DNA of 64,000 nt from positions 4,863-68,862 of the forward strand of contig JAGOMX010000001.1 of assembly GCA_017993335.1 (NCBI GenBank), given 5' to 3'. Position 1 is the stretch's first letter; every line of letters begins with the position of its first letter. A program made the position numbers and the translations under genes. The stretch comes from Alphaproteobacteria bacterium. Lineage in GTDB: Bacteria > Pseudomonadota > Alphaproteobacteria > JAGOMX01. Under the pieces are notes generated by a model that was not told the DNA's origin, made no database searches, and was given only the letters and a program-made list of their open reading frames with translations. Positions 8,900-18,719 of the stretch are shown here, one piece after another.

Positions 8900-9478
8900 A
8901 TGGAAAATTTATCTTTAGATGATGTCCGTGGGATAGAAGCTTATTGCGAGCTTTTAATCAAATGGAATGCCAAAATCAATCTGGTTGGACGTGCCACTAT
9001 TTCCGAAATTAAGGAAAGGCACGTCCTTGATTGTATTCAATTATCTTCCTTTATAAATAAAAAAGAGAGCCTCGTAGATTTGGGATCTGGTGCTGGTTTA
9101 CCAGGAATCTTGCTTTCTATTATAGGGCATGAAGATGTGACTCTTGTGGAGTCTGATCAGAAAAAATGTGTCTTTTTACGCGAAGTGAGAAGGGCTCTCA
9201 ACCTCAAATGTAACATATTAAATATGCGTATTGAGGAAATGAAAGATTGCAAGTATGATTTAGTGGTAAGTAGAGCTTTGGCTTCGTTGAATCTGTTGTT
9301 AGATTTTAGTGAACCCATTCTTAAAGAGGGTGGGAGATGTTTATTTTTGAAGGGAAGTTCTTTTCAAGAAGAAATAGACCTTGCAAAACAATACTGGAGC
9401 TTTAAATATGAAACTATACCCAGTAAAACTGGTTGCGGTGGCGTGATTTTAGAGGTACAAAATATAATAAGGTATTAG
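8900..9478 (+). CDS. rsmG: 16S rRNA (guanine527-N7)-methyltransferase
   Basis: GidB-family SAM-binding LVDLGSGAGLPGILL motif. Conserved position upstream of parAB. Confidence 0.85.
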   Translation: MENLSLDDVRGIEAYCELLIKWNAKINLVGRATISEIKERHVLDCIQLSSFINKKESLVDLGSGAGLPGILLSIIGHEDVTLVESDQKKCVFLREVRRALNLKCNILNMRIEEMKDCKYDLVVSRALASLNLLLDFSEPILKEGGRCLFLKGSSFQEEIDLAKQYWSFKYETIPSKTGCGGVILEVQNIIRY

Positions 9479-9493
9479 CAAGGAGACAATAGC

Positions 9494-10300
9494 GTGCGAT
9501 CCCAAATTATTGCTATCGCAAATCAAAAAGGTGGAGTTGGTAAGACAACAACAGCTATAAATGTAGCCACAACACTTGCTGCGGTCAGAAAAAAAACGTT
9601 ATTAATTGATTTAGATCCACAAGGCAATGCGACGACGGGTTTGGGATATAAAATAGATAACCATTCTATGGGTATTTATGATGTCTTGTCTGGCGATGCA
9701 CATATACAACAGGCTATCGTTGAATCACATATACCTCAGCTAAGTTTGATTCGTTCTTCTATGGATTTATCGGCATCAGAAATTGAGTTGGTATCTGCAA
9801 AAAAACGGGAATTTGTTTTGAAATCAGCGCTTTCCGAAATTATTGGTAGCTATGATTATGTGGTTATAGATTGTCCACCGGCATTGGGATTGTTAACAAT
9901 CAATGCCTTTGTTGCGGCACATAAAGTTCTTATCCCTTTACAGTGTGAATATTTTGCTCTTGAGGGGTTAAGTTCTTTGATTAAGACGATCAGGCGCATA
10001 AAACACGCTTTAAACCCGCCTCTGGATATTTTAGGCATATTATTAACGATGCATGATCGCCGGAGTGCCTTATGTCAGATGATAGAGGATGATGTGCGGA
10101 AAACCCTGGGCGATTTAGTTTTCGATACAGTTATTCCACGAAATGTTAAGGTAAGCGAAGCTCCTTCCCATGGCAAGCCTGTCTTGTTGTATGATATAGC
10201 CTGTAGCGGCTCGCAAGCTTATGTTAAAGTAACGGCAGAAATTCTGAAAAGGATGAAAAATGAATATGAAAATGGCTACGAAAAAAAGTCCGTTAGGTAA
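9494..10300 (+). CDS. parA: chromosome partitioning ATPase ParA
   Basis: GTG start with AGGAGA RBS. Deviant Walker A KGGVGKTTTAIN. ParA/Soj family. Confidence 0.9.
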   Translation: MRSQIIAIANQKGGVGKTTTAINVATTLAAVRKKTLLIDLDPQGNATTGLGYKIDNHSMGIYDVLSGDAHIQQAIVESHIPQLSLIRSSMDLSASEIELVSAKKREFVLKSALSEIIGSYDYVVIDCPPALGLLTINAFVAAHKVLIPLQCEYFALEGLSSLIKTIRRIKHALNPPLDILGILLTMHDRRSALCQMIEDDVRKTLGDLVFDTVIPRNVKVSEAPSHGKPVLLYDIACSGSQAYVKVTAEILKRMKNEYENGYEKKSVR

Positions 10301-11147
10301 AGGTTTATCTGCTCTTTTAGGGCCAGATTTTGAAGATAGCCATAACGATCGCCTGATGTATATTGATTCGGATTTGATTACCATTTCAAAATATCAACCG
10401 CGCACACATTTTGATGAAAAGCAAATAAATGAACTAGCGGCTTCTATCCGCGAGGTTGGAATTTTACAACCGTTGGTTGTGCGGAGCTCGGATCATGGTA
10501 GTTTTGAGTTAATCGCGGGTGAGCGTCGTTTAAGAGCTTCTATTGTCGCTGGATTAACGCAAGTGCCGGTAATTGTTAAAGAGTTTGATAATAAGCAAAG
10601 TTTTGAAGCCGCTTTAATTGAAAATATCCAAAGAACCGATCTTTCCCCCATAGAAGAAGCTTTAGGCTATCAGCAGTTCATAGAAGAATTTAATTATACT
10701 CAAGATCAATTAAGTGAATTTGTGGGTAAAAGCCGCAGTTATCTTGCGAACACACTGCGTCTGCTCAATTTGCCGGACAAAATTAAACGGTATGTACATG
10801 AAGGATTAATTACACCTGGCCATGCCAGGGCCTTGCTTACCGCAGAAAATGCTGATGAATTAGCCGAGGCCATACTCACAAAAAAACTAAATGTGAGACA
10901 GGCAGAGGCGTTATCCAGAAAAAAAATAACAACGACGACACGAAAAACAAAAATTGAAACGTGTGAGGATGAAGATATCCTCTCGCTGCAAAGTCAGTTA
11001 TCTAATATTTTACAGTCAGACGTTTCTATTTTGATTCAAGGACATAAAGGTCAAATCAAAATCGAATTCGAATCCTTGGAACAGTTAGATGAATTGATTA
11101 CAAAACTTTCTTGTATCTCTGATTACGAAAATAGAGAGAAGAAATAA
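10260..11147 (+). CDS. parB: chromosome partitioning protein ParB
   Basis: ParB N-terminal domain with GERRLRA motif and an HTH region. Overlaps the parA end. Confidence 0.9.
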   Translation: MNMKMATKKSPLGKGLSALLGPDFEDSHNDRLMYIDSDLITISKYQPRTHFDEKQINELAASIREVGILQPLVVRSSDHGSFELIAGERRLRASIVAGLTQVPVIVKEFDNKQSFEAALIENIQRTDLSPIEEALGYQQFIEEFNYTQDQLSEFVGKSRSYLANTLRLLNLPDKIKRYVHEGLITPGHARALLTAENADELAEAILTKKLNVRQAEALSRKKITTTTRKTKIETCEDEDILSLQSQLSNILQSDVSILIQGHKGQIKIEFESLEQLDELITKLSCISDYENREKK

Positions 11148-11271
11148 GATGTATGTAAAGGAAGTTTAAGGTGGTTATCTTTACACAAGAAACGAACCTG
11201 TCTAAACCCTTAATAGGAATCGGATGTGAGAGGACGGCGGGGGGTGACCTCGCCTCCTGCTCGATTTGAGA

Positions 11272-11931
11272 TCATAAAAAATATGACTTCAAGATTACTG
11301 CAGCTAAAACTAGCGCCGTTGCATTACGATAAGTTGGTTTTCCCAGCATTCTTGTAATTAATAGTTGCGGCCCATACAGTATTAAAGCTATGACGTTTTC
11401 CCCCATGGGTAGACCCATAAAAATTTCACCTATTGATTTTCGTGTTATTTGGAAACCATAGTTTTGTTCAAGTTTTTCGAATGCAGTTATCATTTGCTTG
11501 TCCATGTTTCCATGCCTGTAGTAGAGGGAACAGAGACAATTGAGAGAGTCTAATGGTCCATATGCTCTCAAAGTATCTTCTGATACGTCATTGGAAAGAG
11601 CGGGTCTTACATAGGAGGCATATAAAATTACATTTCGGTACATATCCTCAGACCAGGGGAACCAGATATCTTCTGACAGGCAAAAGCAGGTAGGCATACG
11701 GTCCACAAAAAGTTTAGACGCTTGTTCCAGATTTTCCGGGTTTAATTTGGTAATGTACTGGGTATCCAAAGTCGCAAGTTTATTATTTAAATCAATAAAT
11801 GACGTTTGTGTATTTTCAGTAACAAATGCTTGTAATGTAGAGTTAGCTCCCTCTATGTCAGAAGCAATTGTCTGCGGACAAAAACTCCACACGAATAAAA
11901 AAACAAGTGCTTTCGTCAGAATATTTTTCAT
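11272..11931 (-). CDS. hypothetical secreted protein
   Basis: Probable start MKNILTKALVFLFVWSFCPQTIAS (signal peptide). No recognisable domain. Confidence 0.45.
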   Translation of the reverse strand: MKNILTKALVFLFVWSFCPQTIASDIEGANSTLQAFVTENTQTSFIDLNNKLATLDTQYITKLNPENLEQASKLFVDRMPTCFCLSEDIWFPWSEDMYRNVILYASYVRPALSNDVSEDTLRAYGPLDSLNCLCSLYYRHGNMDKQMITAFEKLEQNYGFQITRKSIGEIFMGLPMGENVIALILYGPQLLITRMLGKPTYRNATALVLAAVILKSYFL

Positions 11932-12427
11932 AATAATCCCCATAGTTATTGTGAGTTTTCCTATCATTACCAACCTTTATGACTCGACGCAAGTCGATAA
12001 TCTTATCAATAGGCTATTACACAATCTTAGGTTTCTAAAAAGGCTCTATTAACATGATTTCTTTGATAAGTTTCTCGTGGCGTATAAGCTGGAATTACCA
12101 TGGACTCTATGCTTTTAAATGTCTCTTTGGCCCAATCTAGGTCATCATCGTTATCAATAGCCACTGTAACGGTACATATGCTTCCTGGTGTTACTACATG
12201 GCAAACAAGTATTAATTAACCACCTTCTGATTCTGGCGCTCTTATCAAAGTTGCTTTACCTGCACATGCCCCCTTATCAAAAGCGAACACACCTATTACT
12301 TTGAATGAAAAGTCATAATAATTGCGGCCAACATTTTTTCTTGAAAGGTGGGTATCAAATGGGCTACAAATGGCAGACCCTTTGGGTAGACATGTATTTT
12401 ATTCTTTCAATCTTATTGGACTGTCAT

Positions 12428-13618
12428 ATGAAAAAACTTTTCCAAATATTCCTCTCTTTTGTCTTGTTCTTCAGCAGTTCTTTTGCTATTTCCTCCGATG
12501 GATCTGGGCTGCGGAATAGAAAAGCGCCTGTTGTGTATAATTTTATATCGGACGCTACACAACCTTTGTTGGAAGAAAGAGCTCCCCTGGTAACTTATGT
12601 GCAAGAACAGCCGGTGGAGTCAGGGTCGGATACTTTTGAAGGAATTCTCGAGGGTGTGCTTAATCCCATGCAACCAGCCAAGCCATTACATCCCTGCAGT
12701 GTATCGTTTTTAACGGCCAAGCAATCTGCAGAACAGTTTGATGCGGCTGATAAAGGGGACATAAAAGTCCAAAAAGAGATTATTCATAGAGATAATTTGA
12801 TGCTACAATCATGGCCACAGCAAGCTGTTGAAAAATCCATGCATTGGGAGGCCTTAAAAGAAGCCGGGACTGATCCGGCAATAGCTCGCTTTGTGTTCAG
12901 AAAATATAAAAGTCTACCTTGGTTGGATGACCAAAAGATTCAAAATATTTGCCAAATGATTGAGTTGAAAGCCAAAGGCCGAGATCCTCAAGCCTTGTTA
13001 ACTTATAGCAACTTAATTAGCAAGGGGATCTATTTCTCACGCAATGCCCATCTTTCTTTAAAGTGTGTTTTAGAGGCTGGGGTTTTAGGCGAAGCTATGG
13101 GGTACTATTATGCTTTTGAAACCTTAAATATAGCAGGGAAGACTCAAGCGGCTGTCCGATGCGTTCTGATGGCTGCGGAGGCTGGACTTGCTATTGCCCA
13201 GTATGCTGTTTTTATAGCGCATGCGAAGGCATGTGGAAAAATTAAAGACAAACCTAATCTTGTGGAGATAATTGAGCCAACAAAGGAATGGAGCAACTTT
13301 TTAATTGGGAATAGAACCATACGTTTGCATCCTGAGTATGGCTTCATCGGGAAAGAAAATACGGGTATTGTAATGGAGTATCTAGAAAAATCTGCGAATC
13401 AAGGGTTCGTTTTGGCTTTGATGGGACTTGGAGGTTATCAACTCTCGAAGTTTAAACGCCTTCGTCAACAAAAATCCTTGATGACGGCTATGAACGCTTT
13501 TACGAAAGCGGCTGAACTGGGATCTGCCGAGGCTGTGGATTACATTAAAGATATCGAGCTGAACTTTTCCGATAGGAACGAGCCTGTTCAAAAGAGTGTG
13601 ACAAAAGCAATCGAATGA
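12428..13618 (+). CDS. hypothetical secreted protein with Sel1-like helical repeats
   Basis: Signal-peptide start MKKLFQIFLSFVLFFSSSFAISS. C-terminal AAELGSAEA and AAEAGLAIAQY are Sel1/TPR-like segments. Confidence 0.5.
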   Translation: MKKLFQIFLSFVLFFSSSFAISSDGSGLRNRKAPVVYNFISDATQPLLEERAPLVTYVQEQPVESGSDTFEGILEGVLNPMQPAKPLHPCSVSFLTAKQSAEQFDAADKGDIKVQKEIIHRDNLMLQSWPQQAVEKSMHWEALKEAGTDPAIARFVFRKYKSLPWLDDQKIQNICQMIELKAKGRDPQALLTYSNLISKGIYFSRNAHLSLKCVLEAGVLGEAMGYYYAFETLNIAGKTQAAVRCVLMAAEAGLAIAQYAVFIAHAKACGKIKDKPNLVEIIEPTKEWSNFLIGNRTIRLHPEYGFIGKENTGIVMEYLEKSANQGFVLALMGLGGYQLSKFKRLRQQKSLMTAMNAFTKAAELGSAEAVDYIKDIELNFSDRNEPVQKSVTKAIE

Positions 13619-13673
13619 TATGGAAGGGTAGCCTAATTCAGAGACTGTAGCTAATTTCTTCGTAAATAAGTAC

Positions 13674-13718
13674 AGCAAGAAGACTCTTAAAAGGGGCATT
13701 ATCAAATTGCGCTAACAT
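13674..13718. repeat. 45-bp direct repeat copy A flanking SNF2-SWIM cassette
   Basis: agcaagaagactcttaaaaggggcattatcaaattgcgctaacat. Second copy at 17429..17473 (2 mismatches). Confidence 0.7.
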
Positions 13719-13801
13719 AATGATGAATAACCTTGACCAACAAACACCAGAATGTCATTGTCTAACGCAAAACATTGATAATCTTATGAAAAGTAAGGGC
13801 T

Positions 13802-16585
13802 ATGACACTTCCTGCGAAAGTCGAAACTACCTATACTCCACTTAGCATGGCTATTTCGCCAGAGGGAAAGCTGTATTTGAGTCAGAACGAGTTAGCGGGG
13901 GAGTATGTTTCTTATGCTGATATGGAACGGATTAAGGCACTTTTTGTTGAGGGGGATGAGATTGGCCTGTTGCGTTTTGGTTTGACAGAGCTTTCCGAAA
14001 AACTGCCCTTAAGTTTGGACTATTTCTATCAGATCTCCAAAAGTTTCTTCACTGAGGTGTGTAAACTTTCAGGTCTTGACCATTTGTCGGAGAAACAGCT
14101 CAAAGACATCGTCCCTCCACCACAAGAGTTGGAGGAACTGGCCTTGCAGGCCCCTTTTATCGTTGGGGGTGAGTATCTGAATGACTCTTATCTAGCACAG
14201 CTTTGGAAGAAAATGATTAAAGCACTGCTGGTGGAGCTTAACCATTTTGATCATAAACTTGAAAATTATCTGACCGCCCATAATCCCTCTTGGAACAAAG
14301 TGGGACGTGTTTGTTTTCACTTGGCTGAGAATAAAAACAATCCACAACTACCTTTTGCATTTCTAGCGACATACATCAATCGAATGTCCGGGATGGATAC
14401 CCTCAAACATATGACTTTAGGCAAGGCCATGAGGGAGTATGGGGCTGATGGTAAGAATGCGAATCTTCTTTCGATGCTGCTGCCCGTTCAGGGTGTTGCA
14501 GAAAAAAGCCCATTTATTAAAAACCTCGTGGAGACCGGCGCTATTTATCACCCTCAAGGTTGGGATGCAGGGCAAGCTTATCATTTCTTGAAGGCCATTC
14601 CCCTGATTGAAGCAGCAGGGGTGATGGTTAAGGTCCCTAATTGGTGGAATGCAAAGAAACCGCCACGACCTCAAGTCAAGATTTCCGTTGGAAATGAAGA
14701 AGGCCCAACTGTTGGCATGAATGCTTTGCTTGATTTTGAAATGGGCTTTGCGCTTCCTGATGGCGAATCTCTGAGTCGCGCAGAATTCAAGGAACTTCTG
14801 CAAACTCAAGGCAACCTAGTGCAGATTCGTGGTCAGTGGATTGAACTGGATGCCGATAGACTCAATCAGGTGCTATCTTACTGGAAGGATGTCGAAGGCA
14901 AGGTCCAAAAAGAAGGATTGTCGTTTGCACAAGGTCTTCGCCTTATCAATGGCCTGCACAAGAGCTCCCAGCAAAATCCGCTAGAAGAAAATGTTGCAGA
15001 TTGGACCGCCATTTCAGAAGGTCCATGGCTTAAAGAGGCTTTAACAGCTTTGCGTCATCCTGAAAAGGATGAGCTGAACCAACAGATTCAAAGCAAGCTG
15101 AAGTCCTATCTGAAGGCAGATCTCAGACCCTATCAACAGCTGGGTGTGCAATGGCTATGGCATCTCTACTGCCTTCGATTGGGTGGTTGTTTAGCAGATG
15201 ATATGGGGTTGGGTAAAACGATCCAGGTCCTGTCGTTATTCTTGCTAGCCAAGCATATGAATGAAAGTGACAGCCCTCAGCTCAACTTGTTGGTGTTGCC
15301 GGCGTCATTACTGGGGAACTGGGTGGCCGAGGCCAAAAAGTTTGCCCCTGATTTGAAGCTATTGGTTGTTCATAGTTCTTCCGATGGTGTGGATCCTGTT
15401 CAGCTGAAGACGCAACCGGCGTTATCTGGTGTCGATGTTGTTATTACATCTTACGGGTATGTACAACGTTTGCCATGGTTGACGGATGTTCAGTGGAATA
15501 TCATCGTTCTGGATGAAGCCCAAAGCATCAAAAATCCCGGCACCAAGCAAACCCAGCATGTTAAAAAGCTCAAGGCTCATGTGCGCTTTGTCCTGACTGG
15601 TACACCTATCGAAAATCGGTTGCAGGACATCTGGTCTTTGTTCGATTTCACGCTGCCGGGTCTTTTAGGCTCCAGCTCATCGTTTTCCGATTATGGCAAG
15701 AAAATAGCCAAGAAAAACGAAGCTACAGATGGAAAACAAAAGTTTTACGCCGCCATTCGCCATCTGATTAGCCCTTATATATTAAGAAGGCTTAAGACAG
15801 ATAAAAAGATCATTGCTGATCTGCCGGATAAGACTGAAATTAAGGCTTATTGCCCCCTTACAAAACAACAGGCGGCTCTTTATCAGCATGCCGTGGATGA
15901 GCTCAAACGCAGCCTAGAACAAGACATAGACGACATGAAACGGCGAGGGCTTGTGTTATCCTACCTCATGCGATTTAAGCAAATCTGCAATCATCCGAGC
16001 CAATCCCTTGGTCATGGTCAATATGATGGCAACGAAAGTGGTAAATTCATGCGACTTAAGGATATCTGTGAAACGATCGCCTCGAAGCAAGAAAAAGTGT
16101 TGGTGTTTACTCAATATCAGGAGATCATCCCTGCTCTTAGTGAATTTCTCATGGGCATCTTTGGTAAACCTGGTCTGGTGCTCCATGGTGGAACGCCAAT
16201 CAAAAGTCGCCAAAAGTTAGTGGAGACCTTCCAGCAGGATCATGAGTTTCCGTATTTTGTTTTATCTCTCAAAGCGGGCGGAACGGGCTTGAACTTGACG
16301 CGGGCTTCTCATGTGATTCACTTTGACCGTTGGTGGAATCCTGCAGTGGAAAACCAAGCCACAGACAGGGCTTTTCGCATAGGACAAAAGAAAAATGTGT
16401 TGGTCCATAAATTTATATGCCAGGGCACCATTGAAGAAAAGATTGATTATATGCTCGAAACCAAGAAAAATTTGTCCGATCAAATATTGATTCAGGGAGG
16501 GGAAGCTAATCTGACGGAAATGAGCAATGATGAACTGATGAAGCTGGTTCAGCTCGATATCCATCGTGCATTAGGTGAAATGTAA
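13802..16585 (+). CDS. SNF2/RAD54-family helicase (DEAD/DEAH-like ATPase plus helicase C domain)
   Basis: 927 aa with a large N-terminal non-catalytic region. DMGLGKT (motif I), DEAQSIKN (motif II), LTGTPIEN. Helicase-C region LKAGGTGLNLT...FDRWWNPAVENQATDRAFRIGQ. Confidence 0.9.
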   Translation: MTLPAKVETTYTPLSMAISPEGKLYLSQNELAGEYVSYADMERIKALFVEGDEIGLLRFGLTELSEKLPLSLDYFYQISKSFFTEVCKLSGLDHLSEKQLKDIVPPPQELEELALQAPFIVGGEYLNDSYLAQLWKKMIKALLVELNHFDHKLENYLTAHNPSWNKVGRVCFHLAENKNNPQLPFAFLATYINRMSGMDTLKHMTLGKAMREYGADGKNANLLSMLLPVQGVAEKSPFIKNLVETGAIYHPQGWDAGQAYHFLKAIPLIEAAGVMVKVPNWWNAKKPPRPQVKISVGNEEGPTVGMNALLDFEMGFALPDGESLSRAEFKELLQTQGNLVQIRGQWIELDADRLNQVLSYWKDVEGKVQKEGLSFAQGLRLINGLHKSSQQNPLEENVADWTAISEGPWLKEALTALRHPEKDELNQQIQSKLKSYLKADLRPYQQLGVQWLWHLYCLRLGGCLADDMGLGKTIQVLSLFLLAKHMNESDSPQLNLLVLPASLLGNWVAEAKKFAPDLKLLVVHSSSDGVDPVQLKTQPALSGVDVVITSYGYVQRLPWLTDVQWNIIVLDEAQSIKNPGTKQTQHVKKLKAHVRFVLTGTPIENRLQDIWSLFDFTLPGLLGSSSSFSDYGKKIAKKNEATDGKQKFYAAIRHLISPYILRRLKTDKKIIADLPDKTEIKAYCPLTKQQAALYQHAVDELKRSLEQDIDDMKRRGLVLSYLMRFKQICNHPSQSLGHGQYDGNESGKFMRLKDICETIASKQEKVLVFTQYQEIIPALSEFLMGIFGKPGLVLHGGTPIKSRQKLVETFQQDHEFPYFVLSLKAGGTGLNLTRASHVIHFDRWWNPAVENQATDRAFRIGQKKNVLVHKFICQGTIEEKIDYMLETKKNLSDQILIQGGEANLTEMSNDELMKLVQLDIHRALGEM

Positions 16586-16604
16586 GTAAGTAAGGAAAGA
16601 ATTT

Positions 16605-17420
16605 ATGGGGCGTTATGATAACTTTTATCCGGAATATGTACCTGTGGCTGAAAAGAAGAAGCAAGCCGAGAAAAAGATTGCTGCTTTGCGAAAAAAAGGA
16701 ATGGATATTCAACCGGTGGTTATTGAAGGCCAGGCAATCGCGAAAACCTATTGGGGCAAAGCATGGTGCAAGCATTTGGAAACCTACAAGGATTATGCTT
16801 ATCGTTTGGACCGTGGTCGCTCCTATGTGCGACATGGTGCGGTGATCGATTTAAAACTTGAACCTTGTGCCATTCATGCGCAAGTCAATGGTTCATCGCT
16901 TTATAAGGTCAAGATCAAGATAGATCCCGTTCAATCTGCCCGTTGGCAGAGCATTCTGGATTCTTGTTCTGGCAAGATTGGCTCACTTATTGAGTTGTTG
17001 CAAGGTAAGTTTTCTGCGAATGTTATGGAAATTATGACCAATGCAGAGACAGGATTGTTTCCAGGCCAAAAAGAAATCAAATTCGAATGCGACTGTCCAG
17101 ATTATGCGCTCATGTGTAAGCATGTGGCTGCCGTGCTATACGGCATTGGCGCACGTATTGATAACAATCCAGAGGATCTGTTTTCCCTGCGTAAAGCTGA
17201 TTACGCAGATCTTGTTGCCAAGGCAGGAGCAATGACCGCAATTCAACATGAGCTAGATCCCGGCCTTGCGGATGGTGACATTTCTGCCCTCTTCGGCATC
17301 GAAATGGATGCACCCGTGCCTAAAACGAAAGTGGCTGCTAAACCCAAGTTGGTTGCAAAAGCCAAAAAGGCAGTTAAGACAAAAGCGAAGACTGTGAAAA
17401 AGACAGCAAAGAAAGGGTAA
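16605..17420 (+). CDS. SWIM zinc-finger protein with C-terminal Lys/Ala-rich histone-H1-like tail
   Basis: CDCPDYALMCKHVAAVLYG is a CxCx(n)CxH SWIM signature. The last ~45 aa are KTKVAAKPKLVAKAKKAVKTKAKTVKKTAKKG. Starts 20 nt after the SNF2 stop with an AAGGAAAG RBS. Confidence 0.85.
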   Translation: MGRYDNFYPEYVPVAEKKKQAEKKIAALRKKGMDIQPVVIEGQAIAKTYWGKAWCKHLETYKDYAYRLDRGRSYVRHGAVIDLKLEPCAIHAQVNGSSLYKVKIKIDPVQSARWQSILDSCSGKIGSLIELLQGKFSANVMEIMTNAETGLFPGQKEIKFECDCPDYALMCKHVAAVLYGIGARIDNNPEDLFSLRKADYADLVAKAGAMTAIQHELDPGLADGDISALFGIEMDAPVPKTKVAAKPKLVAKAKKAVKTKAKTVKKTAKKG

Positions 17421-17428
17421 TAGGTATA

Positions 17429-17473
17429 GCAAGAAGGCTCTTAAAAGGGGCATTATCAAATTGCGCAAACATA
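17429..17473. repeat. 45-bp direct repeat copy B
   Basis: agcaagaaggctcttaaaaggggcattatcaaattgcgcaaacat. Located 9 nt after the SWIM stop. Confidence 0.7.
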
Positions 17474-17503
17474 CTGGCTTCCAAGGCTTTACATGAGAGA
17501 CAC

Positions 17504-17944
17504 TCATTCCCCTCTTAATCCTTTAAAAAAATCTTGAAGCAATTGTGCGCATAGGGTTTCTTCGATACCGCCATGAACTTCTGGTTTATGGTGACAGGAT
17601 TCTTGTTCATAAATTCTTGGCCCATGTTCAACGCCGCCGCCTTTTGGGTCGTAGGCGCCAAAATAGAGTCTGCGGATACGTGCAAAAGATATAGCTTGGG
17701 CGCACATGGGGCAGGGCTCTAGGGTTACGTACATATCGCATTCTTCTAAACGCATGTTTTGGAAATATTGTGCGGCCAGACGTATAGCTTGAATCTCCGC
17801 ATGGGCTGTTGGGTCTTTGTGTATTTCTACTTCATTGCCGGCGGAGGCAATGATTTGGTTTTTGTGCACGATAACTGCGCCTATGGGGACATCATTATGT
17901 TCTAAAGCTTTTTCGGCTTGAAGGCGTGCAAAGTGCATATACAT
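17504..17944 (-). CDS. tadA: tRNA-specific adenosine deaminase
   Basis: HAEIQAIR and PCPMCAQAI zinc-binding CDA motifs. 146 aa. Confidence 0.85.
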   Translation of the reverse strand: MYMHFARLQAEKALEHNDVPIGAVIVHKNQIIASAGNEVEIHKDPTAHAEIQAIRLAAQYFQNMRLEECDMYVTLEPCPMCAQAISFARIRRLYFGAYDPKGGGVEHGPRIYEQESCHHKPEVHGGIEETLCAQLLQDFFKGLRGE

Positions 17945-18684
17945 TAGGATCTCCCTTTTACGGCTCTAGCAAAAGCCAGTACATCGATGGATTCAACTCC
18001 GGCCATATGTAAGGCTTTACAGCATTCATCGATCGTGGCCCCTGTGGTGTAAACATCGTCAATAAGCAAAATATGTTTTCCGGCTAGTTGGGTACGAAAA
18101 TCTGGATGCACTTCAATAGAGGACTGAATATTTTTTACTCGTTCCTTATGATTTTTTTTGCCTTGTGATTCTGTATAGCGAATGCGCACGAGGGCTTCAT
18201 TTTCTTTAGGAATTCCTGCAGACTTTGCTATGTGATTGGCAAGGAGTGCGGCTTGATTATACTGCCGCTTAAGCAATCGTTTTTTATGTAAAGGAACGGG
18301 GATAATTAAGTGGTTCGGATGGATTATGTTTTGACCGGCAAGAAACATCCATTTCGAGAGTAATGGGACTAACTGCAGCATATCGCCATGCTTAAAATTC
18401 ATAATTAATTGCCTTGAGGCATCATTGTATATAACGGCTGAGCGCATCTTTCGGAATCGTGGGGGAAAATCTAAACAGGTTACGCATGAAAAAGATTCGC
18501 CCATTTGATAATCAAAAGGTATGCCGCAGGTCATACACAAAGGATCTGAAATAAAATTTAAATCTTTCCAGCAATTTGCACAGACACTTGTCGGATCTAA
18601 AGAGCGCTCGTAACACAATAAGCATCGTGGCGGTAACAGGAAATCAACTGTGTACTGTAAAATGGATTTTATAAATGCTAACAT
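17944..18684 (-). CDS. ComF-family phosphoribosyltransferase-domain protein
   Basis: N-terminal Cys-rich [11 protein letters not shown]...CANCW and C-terminal PRTase motif [16 protein letters not shown] at 18684; the ORF-track TTG at 18720 is a less likely start. Confidence 0.75.
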   Translation of the reverse strand: MLAFIKSILQYTVDFLLPPRCLLCYERSLDPTSVCANCWKDLNFISDPLCMTCGIPFDYQMGESFSCVTCLDFPPRFRKMRSAVIYNDASRQLIMNFKHGDMLQLVPLLSKWMFLAGQNIIHPNHLIIPVPLHKKRLLKRQYNQAALLANHIAKSAGIPKENEALVRIRYTESQGKKNHKERVKNIQSSIEVHPDFRTQLAGKHILLIDDVYTTGATIDECCKALHMAGVESIDVLAFARAVKGRS

Positions 18685-18719
18685 TTGACGTAGTGAACCA
18701 TATTGAGAGAAAAAAAACA

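Noticed and set aside
11148-11271. GC-rich segment ggacggcggggggtgacctcgcctcc between convergent parB and the secreted-protein gene
   Set aside because: The stem is imperfect and not followed by a T-run on either strand; too weak to call as a terminator.
11747-12052. 101-aa ORF on the + strand
   Set aside because: Antisense overlap with the better-supported secreted-protein CDS on the minus strand; no start context.
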